Shown: piece by piece, positions 18,874-28,254 of the stretch
Layout of the letters: every line of letters starts with the position of its first letter
How positions within the stretch are numbered: position 1 is the stretch's first letter
Assembly: GCA_014764075.1 (NCBI GenBank)
Contig: JACXUE010000001.1
Location: 1 to 36,675 of the forward strand
Direction of reading: 5' to 3'
DNA from: Sulfuricurvum sp.
GTDB taxonomy: Bacteria; Campylobacterota; Campylobacteria; Campylobacterales; Sulfurimonadaceae
DNA length: 36,675 nt
Program-made: the position numbers and the translations under genes
Notes under the pieces: model-generated
Databases searched by the model: none
The model's input: only the letters and a program-made list of their open reading frames with translations
Told to the model about the DNA's origin: nothing

Positions 18874-19347
18874 TTACGACTCTTTCTCGACGTTTTTCAT
18901 AAGATCAAGGCGGAGAACATGTCGCTCGGTCACGACGGTTTTAAACTCCCCATCAAATACTTTAATATCATGAACAAATCCACGAACGGTGACGTTACGT
19001 TTCCGCCCCTCTTTTTGGTGTTCGGTTGCTTCAAACGTGACAGTGTCTCCCACTCTCACCGGAGCTAAAAAGAGACAGTTACAGGAGGCTAAAACCACAT
19101 TCGGTTCATTGACCGCAGCCATCGCTGCAAAATCGGCGGCACTGAAAATAAATCCGCCGTGCACCAACCCTACTTCATCGGCACGCATTGCTTCGATGGT
19201 CTCCAAAGAGACCTTAGCATATCCCGATTCGAGCTTTACCACCTCACCACTGTAAACGGTATTGATCCTCTCATGTGTATTGAGAGACGTGTTAGAATTG
19301 ACCGCTATCTGTAGATCATCGCTGTTTTTGTTTTGTTCTGTAGCCAA
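18874..19347 (-). CDS. PaaI family hotdog-fold thioesterase
   Basis: GLVHGGFIFSAADFAAM and FLAPV.VGD motifs. Confidence 0.9.
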   Translation of the reverse strand: MATEQNKNSDDLQIAVNSNTSLNTHERINTVYSGEVVKLESGYAKVSLETIEAMRADEVGLVHGGFIFSAADFAAMAAVNEPNVVLASCNCLFLAPVRVGDTVTFEATEHQKEGRKRNVTVRGFVHDIKVFDGEFKTVVTERHVLRLDLMKNVEKES

Positions 19348-19349
19348 AC

Positions 19350-20243
19350 TTATCCTTTTTTAATCCGTACGTATCCCCGTTTCGGTGCGGGATACCCCTC
19401 TACTGTCTTGGTATTATCGGCAGGATCGAGAAAATCTTCAAGGCTTTGGGATTCGATCCACACGGTTTTACGCTGTTCATCCGATGTCGTTACCACCGTG
19501 CCCAACACTTCAAACGAGGTAAAACCTGCACGGATGCACCAGTTTTCAAGCGCTTTAAGGGTGGGAACAAAATAGACGTTGGTGATTTTGGAGTAACTCC
19601 CCTCCGGACATAGGGCGTAAGCCTCATCTCCATCGATAATAAAGGTGTCGAGGTATATCTCACCCCCTTGTGCCAACCCCTGCCCTAATGCTTTGATCAT
19701 TGCTACCGGATCGCTTCGGTGATAGAGCACCCCTAGACAAAAAATAACATCAAATTTTTCTTCATAAAAGGGGAGATGTTCCACCCCGAGAAGTTCGTAC
19801 ACGATATCGCTTTTGATATAATGGTTAATGAGATCGAACTGACATTTAAAAAGGGCTGATGGGTCAAATCCGACCACTTTTGCGGGAGAATCTTCGAGAA
19901 ATCGAAACATGTAATAGCCGTTATTGCATCCGATATCGGCTACTTTTTTACCCCGAAGGTCAAAATGGGGACGGAGAAGGTTATATTTCAAATCACTGCG
20001 CCATTCAGTGTCGATAAACAATCCAAACAGATCAAACGGTCCTTTACGCCACGGCATCATAAGCCGCGCGGTTTTCTCAAGCTCCTCAATATCAACACTC
20101 TCTTTTGTCGAAAGCTTCACCGTATTGCCGAGTTCATACGTCGATTCAATCGTACAAAGCTGATCCAGCGCATCACGCAACGGAGCGATGTTTTTCCATG
20201 TCATCCATTTTTGCCGTTCTGCCCTTACTGCATTCAAATCCAT
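19350..20243 (-). CDS. cmoB: tRNA U34 carboxymethyltransferase
   Basis: [47 protein letters not shown]. Confidence 0.95.
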   Translation of the reverse strand: MDLNAVRAERQKWMTWKNIAPLRDALDQLCTIESTYELGNTVKLSTKESVDIEELEKTARLMMPWRKGPFDLFGLFIDTEWRSDLKYNLLRPHFDLRGKKVADIGCNNGYYMFRFLEDSPAKVVGFDPSALFKCQFDLINHYIKSDIVYELLGVEHLPFYEEKFDVIFCLGVLYHRSDPVAMIKALGQGLAQGGEIYLDTFIIDGDEAYALCPEGSYSKITNVYFVPTLKALENWCIRAGFTSFEVLGTVVTTSDEQRKTVWIESQSLEDFLDPADNTKTVEGYPAPKRGYVRIKKG

Positions 20244-20286
20244 ACGTTCTCCTCATTATTACCGTAAAATTTTAGCGTTTATAGGC

Positions 20287-20292
20287 TAAAAT
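20287..20292 (+). promoter_or_regulatory. -10 box of a probably leaderless CDF transporter transcript
   Basis: TAAAAT followed by ACCCCCT and the ATG at 20300; no Shine-Dalgarno sequence. Confidence 0.5.
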
Positions 20293-20299
20293 ACCCCCT

Positions 20300-21184
20300 A
20301 TGCGTATTGAACAAAAAGCTACCCTTATATCTACCACTGTTGCCTTTATACTTGTTGCTTTCAAGCTTACCGTTGGAATCATCAGCGGCTCTGTCGCCGT
20401 TCTCGCTTCGGCAATCGATTCACTGCTCGATATGGTTGTCTCGATGTTCAACTACTTTGCCCTTCATAATTCAGACAAAGAGCCAGATGAACATTTTAAT
20501 TTCGGACGTCGTAAGCTTGAACCTCTCACCGCTGTGATCGAGGGGACAATCATTAGCCTCTCGGCGCTCTTTATCCTCTATACCGCTATTTCCAAACTCG
20601 TTCAAAGCAGTCCGATAGAGCATCTTGATCTCTCAATCGGCGTCATGATCGCTTCGATCGTTGTCACGGCAGGGCTTGTCCTCTTTTTAGATACGATTGC
20701 CAAAAAGACCAAAAATATGGTGATCGAAGCCGATACGCTTCACTACAAAACCGACCTCCTCACCAATACCGTTGTGCTGATCTCATTGGGGCTCATTTCT
20801 CTCACCAACTACACCTATATTGATCCGATTCTAGGGATTGGAATCGGTATTTATATGATCTATTCGGCATACCCGATTATCAAAGAGGGGATTCTAATGC
20901 TCTTGGATGTGGCTCTCGATCCACAAAGCGTCGAGAAAATAAACAAACTCCTAGACTCTCAACTCGATATCAATGGTCATCATGATCTACGTACACGTCG
21001 ATCTGGAAGTGATATTTATTTAAGTGTCCATATTGTATTTGGTATCTCAGCATCGCTCTATGATGCCCATACGACAGGAGATCGGATTGAGTTGGCTCTT
21101 AAAAACCTCTTTCCGGATAACAATGTTTACGCATTAATCCATCTCGATCCATATGACGATTCTGAGCCAAATCATTTAGAGTAA
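20300..21184 (+). CDS. Cation diffusion facilitator family transporter (FieF-like)
   Basis: Six TM segments, ASAIDSLLD and LHYKTD metal sites, PDEHFNFG, C-terminal dimerisation domain ending IHLDP. Confidence 0.93.
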   Translation: MRIEQKATLISTTVAFILVAFKLTVGIISGSVAVLASAIDSLLDMVVSMFNYFALHNSDKEPDEHFNFGRRKLEPLTAVIEGTIISLSALFILYTAISKLVQSSPIEHLDLSIGVMIASIVVTAGLVLFLDTIAKKTKNMVIEADTLHYKTDLLTNTVVLISLGLISLTNYTYIDPILGIGIGIYMIYSAYPIIKEGILMLLDVALDPQSVEKINKLLDSQLDINGHHDLRTRRSGSDIYLSVHIVFGISASLYDAHTTGDRIELALKNLFPDNNVYALIHLDPYDDSEPNHLE

Positions 21185-21249
21185 AGTTTTAATTCATTTC
21201 TAGAATATTATCAGTTAAAATAATTATTAAAATAATTTAAGGATATTTA

Positions 21250-21786
21250 ATGACCCACATCTTGCTTATTACGTTTCTATTTGTCTCTTCGACTCTCTCA
21301 GCTCAACCGCTCACCTCTGAACAAATGATCCAACGGGGGGATGAGGTCTCAGCTAAATTGCTGCAAACACTCGGAGGTGAACTCAAAAATCAAATCCAAA
21401 ACGGCGGTTTGATCAAAGCACTCCATTTCTGCTCGCAAAATGCTCTTATTTTAACCGATAAAATTGCCAAAGAGAGTGGAGTGAAAATCAAACGGATCTC
21501 ACTTTTAAACCGAAATCCGGTCAATCACCCCTCAGCGGAAGAGAAAAAAGTGATCGAAATGTGGCAATTAGCATCCAAACAAGGAGAACCGCTCCCTTCA
21601 CATACCCTTTATAATGGTGTCTACTACAAACCGATTATCATCAACAACGAGGCATGTTTAAAATGTCATGGAACATTACAAAGCGAATCTCCGATCGCCA
21701 AAGCGATTAAAAATAGCTATCCGGAAGATAAAGCGGTAGGGTATAAAATGGGAGATTTACGCGGAGCGATCCAAGTCAGTTTTTAA
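21250..21786 (+). CDS. Exported DUF3365 (Tll0287-like) c-type heme protein
   Basis: Signal peptide, conserved Cys in ALHFC, RNPVN.P, CLKCH heme motif, YPEDKAVGYKMGDLRG. Confidence 0.85.
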   Translation: MTHILLITFLFVSSTLSAQPLTSEQMIQRGDEVSAKLLQTLGGELKNQIQNGGLIKALHFCSQNALILTDKIAKESGVKIKRISLLNRNPVNHPSAEEKKVIEMWQLASKQGEPLPSHTLYNGVYYKPIIINNEACLKCHGTLQSESPIAKAIKNSYPEDKAVGYKMGDLRGAIQVSF

Positions 21787-22232
21787 ACAAAATTATTCTC
21801 ACTCAGAGCCAATAATCTTCGTTCCAACCGATCGATAGAAGAAATAAGTTTTTCAGAGACCACTTTGAGCTCTTTATAGTGCTCTTTGGCGATCTCTTGG
21901 TTTTCCGGAGCAATTTTTTTGCGAGTACCGAAAAATTTGGCAAAAAACGAGCGATCTTCGTCACCAAAATAGATTTTAAAAATCTTCATGTAAATATCAT
22001 GTAATTCAAAATGTTGCTGTTCAATTTCTTTCAAACAATCCATACTCGGGATACGATTTAATCTTTGCCCTTCACCGTAAAACCATTGACCGAATTTACA
22101 ATCGGTACAACTTACAGGTACCTGCTCTTTTTCTACAGGGAGTCCTTCTATCAGGGCATGAGCACGATGAACCCATGAAATATGGGCTTTTTTCGCATCA
22201 TGAAGGTGAGCTAAAGTCTCTTCTTTTTTCAT
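21783..22232 (-). CDS. Stand-alone chemoreceptor zinc-binding (CZB) domain protein
   Basis: HISW, CKFGQWFY and HFELH provide the 3His-1Cys zinc ligands. Confidence 0.88.
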   Translation of the reverse strand: MKKEETLAHLHDAKKAHISWVHRAHALIEGLPVEKEQVPVSCTDCKFGQWFYGEGQRLNRIPSMDCLKEIEQQHFELHDIYMKIFKIYFGDEDRSFFAKFFGTRKKIAPENQEIAKEHYKELKVVSEKLISSIDRLERRLLALSENNFV

Positions 22233-22266
22233 TGAATAAGATTGTCCTCAAAAATATTTGGAGACA

Positions 22267-22275
22267 ATTATACCA
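22267..22275 (-). promoter_or_regulatory. Extended -10 promoter of the CZB gene
   Basis: TGGTATAAT on the minus strand. Confidence 0.6.
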
Positions 22276-22317
22276 TGTTTATATCAAATTGTTATAACAT
22301 TTATCCTCAAAATACGA

Positions 22318-23886
22318 TCATCGGGCGTATTCTATTACCCTGCTTTCTCGAATCACGTTCACCTTGATCTCTCCTGGAAACTGCACCTTTTGAGAAATTT
22401 CGTCGGCAATTTCTCGGGCGATCAACGCCGTCTCATCATCATTCACACTTTGAGCACTTACAATGACCCGAACTTCACGTCCGGCATTGATGGCGTACGC
22501 CTGCTTTACCCCCAGTTTTTGGGTAGCGATCTCTTCGATCTCGCTCACACGGCGTAAAAAGCTCTCCAACACTTCTCGTCGCGCTCCTGGACGTGCGGCA
22601 GAGAGGGCATCGGCAGCACATACCGCCGCACACTCGATGCTTTTGATCTCTTCATGACCGTGATGGGCATAGATGGCGTTGATCACTACAAGATCTTCAT
22701 TGTAACGGCGGCAGAGTTCCACACCGATGTCGACATGATTTCCTCCCCCCTCTTGGGTAAGCGCTTTACCGATATCATGCAATAATCCGGCACGTCGCGC
22801 AAGCTTGATATCACCCCCCATCTCAGAGGCCATTATCCCCGCCAAATGGGCAACTTCAAGCGTATGCGCCAATGCGTTTTGCCCATAACTGGCACGATAT
22901 TTGAGCCGTCCGATCAGTTTTAAAAGTTCTGGATGAATCCCTTGTAACCCTAAATCGATCGCAATCTCTTCCCCTTCGCGGGTCATCGCTTCATCAAATT
23001 CATCGCATACTTTTTGATACACCTCTTCGATCCGAGCTGGTTGAATCCGACCATCTTGCACCAACAATTCGATCGTTTTTGTCGCGATCGCACGGCGGTA
23101 GAGGTTGAATGAACTCACGATAATGGCATTGGGTGTATCGTCGATGATAATATCAACCCCGCTCACCATTTCGAGTGTTTTAATATTACGCCCCTCTTTG
23201 CCGATGATCCGCCCTTTAAGCTCATCATCATCAAGATGAATGACGCTAATGAGCCGCTCAGCTGCATACTCTCCGGCGAATCGTGATGTCGCTTGAGCCA
23301 AAATATAATTTGCTTTGCGCTTGAGCTGATCTTTGGATTGTTCCTCCAAAGCTCTCATTTCGCGGGCAAGTTCCAAACGGAAATTCTCCCGTATTTGATC
23401 CAATAAAATCGTTTTGGCTTCCTGAGCCGAAATTCCGGCACGCTCTTCCACAATCATCTGTAATTGTTCGCTTTTTTGACGGTAGTGTTCTTTTAATTTC
23501 TCTAAAGCACGCTCGTTTCGCTCAAGATTGAGACGACGGTTGTCGATGATTGATCGATCCTGCGCTATCTTTTCCTCTTCGATTTGATGAAGGCGTTCAA
23601 ATTCGCGCTCTAAACGCTCCAACTTCTCTTCTCGAAGCGCAAACTCTTTTTTGACCTGATCGTAGGTCTCATCATAGCGCTTTTGCGCCTCATTTTCGAT
23701 CTCGCGCGATCGGAGTGAAGCACGTTCTAAAATCAGTTGTGCCTCATTTTCGATCGCTTTGGATTTTGCACGCGCTTGCTCCAAATAGAGATCAAAATGG
23801 GCGGCTGTAATCTTTTTTGAAATTAAAAATCCGACTAACCCGCTTACAGTGGCGATTGCACTGCCTTCGAGAAGGCTGTTTAACAT
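22318..23886 (-). CDS. rny: Ribonuclease Y
   Basis: N-terminal TM anchor, coiled coil, KH motif KGRIIGKEGRNI, HD motif LLHDIGK, ADALSAARPGAR. Confidence 0.96.
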   Translation of the reverse strand: MLNSLLEGSAIATVSGLVGFLISKKITAAHFDLYLEQARAKSKAIENEAQLILERASLRSREIENEAQKRYDETYDQVKKEFALREEKLERLEREFERLHQIEEEKIAQDRSIIDNRRLNLERNERALEKLKEHYRQKSEQLQMIVEERAGISAQEAKTILLDQIRENFRLELAREMRALEEQSKDQLKRKANYILAQATSRFAGEYAAERLISVIHLDDDELKGRIIGKEGRNIKTLEMVSGVDIIIDDTPNAIIVSSFNLYRRAIATKTIELLVQDGRIQPARIEEVYQKVCDEFDEAMTREGEEIAIDLGLQGIHPELLKLIGRLKYRASYGQNALAHTLEVAHLAGIMASEMGGDIKLARRAGLLHDIGKALTQEGGGNHVDIGVELCRRYNEDLVVINAIYAHHGHEEIKSIECAAVCAADALSAARPGARREVLESFLRRVSEIEEIATQKLGVKQAYAINAGREVRVIVSAQSVNDDETALIAREIADEISQKVQFPGEIKVNVIRESRVIEYAR

Positions 23887-24436
23887 TGGTTTTCCTCAAA
23901 CTATAAACCCCACGAGGAGTGACGAGCATATCTCCTTGCACATCATAATCATCACATAAATTGCGCACTGTACGACACACACTGGATTGGACAAAAATAA
24001 TAAACGGTTTCGTTTTCAGGGTCGGAAAAAATCGATCATACATCCCTTTGCCGAAACCAATTCGACCAAGCGACCCGTCAACCCCTACTACAGGGACTAT
24101 AGCTACATCTATTAAATTATATTTTCTATACGAATCCCGAGGCTCATAAATGCCAAAAGCTTTTCGCTCCAACGGGTATCTCAATGGTACCATTTTGAAA
24201 CTGACGCCATCCATAAACGGCAAATATACTGTTGAACGTTGACGCATTTTTGCAATGGTTTTACGAATATCGGCTTCAAACCCCATTGGCCAGTAGCACA
24301 ATATTTGTTTGGAGGGGCATTGAATCAGCAATTGTTCAAGTATGGAATTGATTGTGGCATCCCGAACTCTTTTGGTGTAGAGACTGGATTGTTTCAACCG
24401 TTCTAAACACACTTGGCGAAAATCGCTTTTGGACAC
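23792..24436 (-). CDS. 5-formyltetrahydrofolate cyclo-ligase
   Basis: KSDFR start, FGIYEP, IVPVVG.D...RIGFGKGMYDRF; 3' end overlaps rny by 95 nt. Confidence 0.92.
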   Translation of the reverse strand: MSKSDFRQVCLERLKQSSLYTKRVRDATINSILEQLLIQCPSKQILCYWPMGFEADIRKTIAKMRQRSTVYLPFMDGVSFKMVPLRYPLERKAFGIYEPRDSYRKYNLIDVAIVPVVGVDGSLGRIGFGKGMYDRFFPTLKTKPFIIFVQSSVCRTVRNLCDDYDVQGDMLVTPRGVYSLRKTNVKQPSRRQCNRHCKRVSRIFNFKKDYSRPF

Positions 24437-24494
24437 TTTTTACCTTTGCTTCGTTATAATCTCCCTAATTTTATCTTATTAAAGGTCAACATTA

Positions 24495-25046
24495 ATGCGT
24501 TTTTCTACACTTATCATCTCTTTGGTTACAGTGAGTCTCATATTTCATGGCTGCGGAGAAGAGTCATCCGAAGAAGCGATGGTCTCAACCGCAGAATTCA
24601 CCCTGATGGATACACAAGGCAAAAGCTACACCGTCGAAAAACGGGGGACCAATTTTACCCTCGATGCAGGTGAAGACAAGGTGGTTTTATTTGATATTTT
24701 TGCGACATGGTGCCCTCCCTGCCAGGCCGAAGTGAAACATTTAGGCAATTTGCAGAAAAAATACGGTGAAGATCTCATCATCATGGGGATCACCATCGAA
24801 GAGGACAAAAGCAACGCGGAACTTGAGGCGTTTCGTGAAAAATACAAGGGTGGGGAGTATCTCATCAGCAACAAAGCCGATAACCAAGAACTCGCCCGCT
24901 CCATCGCTTCCACCATCGGTGTGGGGCAACAATTTCCAATCCCCTTGATGGTATTGTACAAAAATGGCGAATATGTCACCCACTATGCCGGTGCAACCCA
25001 AGAAGAGATCATCGATCACGATATTGCTCAAGTGTTAGGAAAATAA
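24495..25046 (+). CDS. TlpA/ResA family lipoprotein thioredoxin
   Basis: Lipobox-like IFHG-C, FATWCPPC active site, cis-Pro loop FPIP. Confidence 0.9.
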   Translation: MRFSTLIISLVTVSLIFHGCGEESSEEAMVSTAEFTLMDTQGKSYTVEKRGTNFTLDAGEDKVVLFDIFATWCPPCQAEVKHLGNLQKKYGEDLIIMGITIEEDKSNAELEAFREKYKGGEYLISNKADNQELARSIASTIGVGQQFPIPLMVLYKNGEYVTHYAGATQEEIIDHDIAQVLGK

Positions 25047-25047
25047 G

Positions 25048-25929
25048 ATGTTCGGATTTATCAAAAAAGGGCTTCAAAAAACACTCGACGCTATCAGTGC
25101 TATCATCCCCGAGAAAAAGACGACGATCAGCAAAAATGATTTGGAGAACATCCTCCTCGAAGCGGACGTTGAATACGATCTCGTTGAGATTATCCTGCGT
25201 GAAATGTATCAGGAGAATATCACCCGCGATCAACTCCGTTCCAAACTTCTCGCCACATTGGCATACGCGCAAAACACACTCCCCGACAACCCTGAAAAAC
25301 CGACTGTTACCCTCATTATCGGCGTTAACGGCGCTGGGAAGACGACGACGATCGCCAAGCTCGCACAACGCTATCTCAACAACGGTGAGAGGGTGATCCT
25401 CGGCGCGGGAGATACGTTCCGCGCCGCCGCCATCGAACAGCTTACCCGCTGGGCAGACAAACTCGATATTCCGATCATCTCGTCTCGCCAAGGGCATGAT
25501 CCCAGCGCCGTGGCATACGACACCATCGAGTCGGCAAAAGCGCGGGGGTTTGAACAGGTGATCATCGATACGGCCGGACGCCTTCACACCCAGACCAACC
25601 TCGGAAATGAGTTGAAAAAAATTGTCCGTATCTGCGACAAGGCACACACCGGTGCTCCGCATCGTAAAATCCTTATCCTAGACGGTACGCAAGGCTCTTC
25701 AGCTATCGCCCAAGCCAAAGCGTTTAACGAGATGGTAGGAGTCGATGGGATCATCATCACCAAACTCGACGGCACTGCCAAAGGGGGATCAGTATTCTCC
25801 ATTGCCTATGCCCTCTCTCTCCCGATACTCTACATCGGTGTCGGCGAACAGCCGGAGCATTTGATACCGTTTAACAAATACGAGTTTGTGGATGGTATTT
25901 TGGATGCAATCTTTGGGGAAGAAAAATAA
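25048..25929 (+). CDS. ftsY: Signal recognition particle receptor
   Basis: GVNGAGKTTTIAKLA, DTFRAAA.EQL, DTAGR, TKLDGTAKGG. Confidence 0.97.
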   Translation: MFGFIKKGLQKTLDAISAIIPEKKTTISKNDLENILLEADVEYDLVEIILREMYQENITRDQLRSKLLATLAYAQNTLPDNPEKPTVTLIIGVNGAGKTTTIAKLAQRYLNNGERVILGAGDTFRAAAIEQLTRWADKLDIPIISSRQGHDPSAVAYDTIESAKARGFEQVIIDTAGRLHTQTNLGNELKKIVRICDKAHTGAPHRKILILDGTQGSSAIAQAKAFNEMVGVDGIIITKLDGTAKGGSVFSIAYALSLPILYIGVGEQPEHLIPFNKYEFVDGILDAIFGEEK

Positions 25930-25943
25930 ATTAGTCCCCTCTA

Positions 25944-25978
25944 TTGACATTACTATGTAATTACTTTATGATTACATA
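25944..25978 (+). promoter_or_regulatory. Toxin-antitoxin promoter with overlapping autoregulatory operator
   Basis: TTGACA (25944-49), 17-nt spacer, TATGAT (25967-72); inverted repeat TATGTAAT (25954-61) / ATTACATA (25971-78); AGGAG RBS at 25989-93. Confidence 0.8.
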
Positions 25979-25999
25979 ACTACTAATTAGGAGTACGCC

Positions 26000-26248
26000 A
26001 TGACCACGCTCATCAAAATCGGCAACTCACAAGGGGTTCGTATCCCCAAAGCGATCATCAAACAAGCTCACCTCGAAAATGCACCTCTCGAATTTGAAGT
26101 TACTGCTCAAGGGTTGCTCCTCAAACCCGTCCCAAAAAAACCACGTGAGGGATGGGCAGAAGCATTTAAAGAGATGGCTGTATCAAGAGATGATGCGTTG
26201 CTTATCGACGATGCTCTGGATTTGGATTTCGACGAGTGGACAGCGTGA
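26000..26248 (+). CDS. mazE: AbrB/MazE family antitoxin
   Basis: LIKIGNSQGVRIPK AbrB motif, PREGW and acidic tail; overlaps the toxin start. Confidence 0.9.
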   Translation: MTTLIKIGNSQGVRIPKAIIKQAHLENAPLEFEVTAQGLLLKPVPKKPREGWAEAFKEMAVSRDDALLIDDALDLDFDEWTA

Positions 26249-26559
26249 GTTACGCGCAATATTCGATCATCCTCGTCAATCTTGATCCTACAATAGGATC
26301 CGAGATTCAAAAAACACGTCCCTGTGTCATCATCTCCCCTGATGAAATGAACCAATCTATCCGAACACTGTTGATTGCCCCTATGACATCAACTATTAAG
26401 TGTTATCCATCACGTATCATTATTGATAAAAAATCTTCTATTGCACTTGATCAAATACATTGCATAGATAAAAGCCGTGTTATTAAAATTATAGGGATAA
26501 TCCCAACATCATCGATTATACAACTTAAAACCGCTCTCAAAGAGATGCTAGTAGATTAA
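26236..26559 (+). CDS. mazF: PemK/MazF family endoribonuclease toxin
   Basis: VNLDPTIGSEIQKTRPCVIIS, APMTS, DQI..IDKSR. Confidence 0.92.
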   Translation: MDSVSYAQYSIILVNLDPTIGSEIQKTRPCVIISPDEMNQSIRTLLIAPMTSTIKCYPSRIIIDKKSSIALDQIHCIDKSRVIKIIGIIPTSSIIQLKTALKEMLVD

Positions 26560-26568
26560 AGGGATAGT

Positions 26569-27921
26569 ATGGCAAAGAAAAAAAACGTCCTCTTCGAATG
26601 CCAACATTGCGGCTTTACCACTCCCAAATGGATGGGAAAATGTACCAATTGCGGCGGATGGGACAGCTTTGTCGAACTGAGTGAGCAACAGCAGGAGGTG
26701 ATCAAACTCACCTCCACCTCTTCCCCCTCCGGCGGAGTGAAGGCCAAAGAAATAACCCAAATCGTCGAAGAGCACACCGAACGATTCAGCAGTGACGATG
26801 ATGAACTCGACATGGTGCTCGGTGGCGGTGTCGTCCCAGGTTCGCTCGTTCTTATCGGCGGAAGCCCTGGGGTGGGAAAGTCGACACTATTACTTAAAAT
26901 TGGCTCAAACCTCGCCAAACAAAACCGCAACGTCCTCTACGTATCGGGCGAAGAGAGCGAAGGGCAGATCAAACTCCGAGCCAACCGTTTGGGAGCCAAC
27001 GTCGACAATCTCTATTTATTAGCGGAGATTCGACTAGAACAGGTACTCTCCGAACTGCATGAGCGCTCTTATGAGTGCATCATCATCGACTCGATCCAAA
27101 CCCTCTACTCCGAAACCATCGCCTCCGCACCCGGATCGGTGACACAGGTACGCCAAATCACCTTTGATCTGATGCGTATCGCCAAAGAGCGACGCATCGC
27201 CATTTTCATCATCGGACATATCACCAAAGAGGGCTCTATCGCAGGTCCGCGTGTACTTGAACATATGGTCGATGTCGTCTTGTATTTCGAAGGGAATAGC
27301 GGACATGAACTCCGAATTCTCAGAGGTTTTAAAAATCGTTTTGGTCCCACAAGCGAAATCGGGGTATTCGAGATGCGTCATGATGGACTCGTATCGGCTA
27401 AAGATCTCTCATCGCGCTTTTTCAACCGCACTAAATCTCAAAGCGGCTCCGCCCTCACCGTTATCATGGAGGGGACACGCCCGATCGTCCTCGAAGTCCA
27501 AGCGTTAGTGAGCGATACCAACGCCCCCAATCCAAAACGACAGGCAACCGGTTTTGAGACCAATCGTTTAAACATGCTTTTGGCGTTATTGGAACGTAAA
27601 CTCGAAATCCCACTCAACAGTTACGATGTCTTTGTGAACATTACAGGGGGGATCAAAATCACCGAAACCTCCGCCGATCTGGCGATCCTCGCCGCCATCA
27701 TCAGCAGCTTCCGCAACCGTGCCCTCTCTAAAGAGACCGTTTTCATCGGAGAAGTCTCTCTCGTTGGAGACATACGTGAAATTTATCAGCTCGATCAACG
27801 TCTCAAAGAGGCGTCTTCTCAGCAAATCACCAAAGCGCTAATCCCCAAAAAACCGATTGAGAAAACAACGATCAAATGTTACGAAATCGACGAAGTCAGC
27901 AAACTTTTGGAGTGGTTTTAA
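26569..27921 (+). CDS. radA: DNA repair protein RadA/Sms
   Basis: CQHC...CTNC zinc finger, GSPGVGKSTLL, IIDSIQT, KNRFG, Lon-like C-terminal domain. Confidence 0.97.
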   Translation: MAKKKNVLFECQHCGFTTPKWMGKCTNCGGWDSFVELSEQQQEVIKLTSTSSPSGGVKAKEITQIVEEHTERFSSDDDELDMVLGGGVVPGSLVLIGGSPGVGKSTLLLKIGSNLAKQNRNVLYVSGEESEGQIKLRANRLGANVDNLYLLAEIRLEQVLSELHERSYECIIIDSIQTLYSETIASAPGSVTQVRQITFDLMRIAKERRIAIFIIGHITKEGSIAGPRVLEHMVDVVLYFEGNSGHELRILRGFKNRFGPTSEIGVFEMRHDGLVSAKDLSSRFFNRTKSQSGSALTVIMEGTRPIVLEVQALVSDTNAPNPKRQATGFETNRLNMLLALLERKLEIPLNSYDVFVNITGGIKITETSADLAILAAIISSFRNRALSKETVFIGEVSLVGDIREIYQLDQRLKEASSQQITKALIPKKPIEKTTIKCYEIDEVSKLLEWF

Positions 27922-27970
27922 CTAAAGTTTTCGTATAATAAAAATCTAAAATACCATTAGGAGTTTCATC

Positions 27971-28243
27971 ATGCCGATGTGTTCTATTTTTGCCGATCAT
28001 AAATCCGAAGAGCGCTATTCAAAACTTTCACTCGTTTATTTGACCGAAGAAGAACATCAAATGATTGAAGAGGCGATCAAAACCTGTACTCCATTGTGTT
28101 CAATCACCCCAAATATTTACGGCGGTTCCGTTACTGAGGGCAAACGGATGATTACGATCGAGTATCACGACGATTGCGACCGCGAAGGGGGCAATGTTTT
28201 TGAAGCGATTATCAAAAAATTGGGGATTGAGCAGTGTCACTAA
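27971..28243 (+). CDS. Hypothetical protein, 90 aa, acidic with several Cys/His
   Basis: Own TATAAT (27934-39) and AGGAG RBS (27959-63); no recognised family. Confidence 0.75.
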   Translation: MPMCSIFADHKSEERYSKLSLVYLTEEEHQMIEEAIKTCTPLCSITPNIYGGSVTEGKRMITIEYHDDCDREGGNVFEAIIKKLGIEQCH

Positions 28244-28254
28244 GTGCAAGCGTA

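Noticed and set aside
23792-23886. 95-nt overlap of 5-formyl-THF cyclo-ligase with rny as a possible frameshift
   Set aside because: Both catalytic domains are complete and the pair is adjacent in Campylobacterota; the extra tail is a simple run-on.
24437-24494. 6S RNA expected upstream of the 5-formyl-THF cyclo-ligase gene
   Set aside because: The gap is only 58 nt and holds divergent promoters; there is no room for a ~180-nt RNA.
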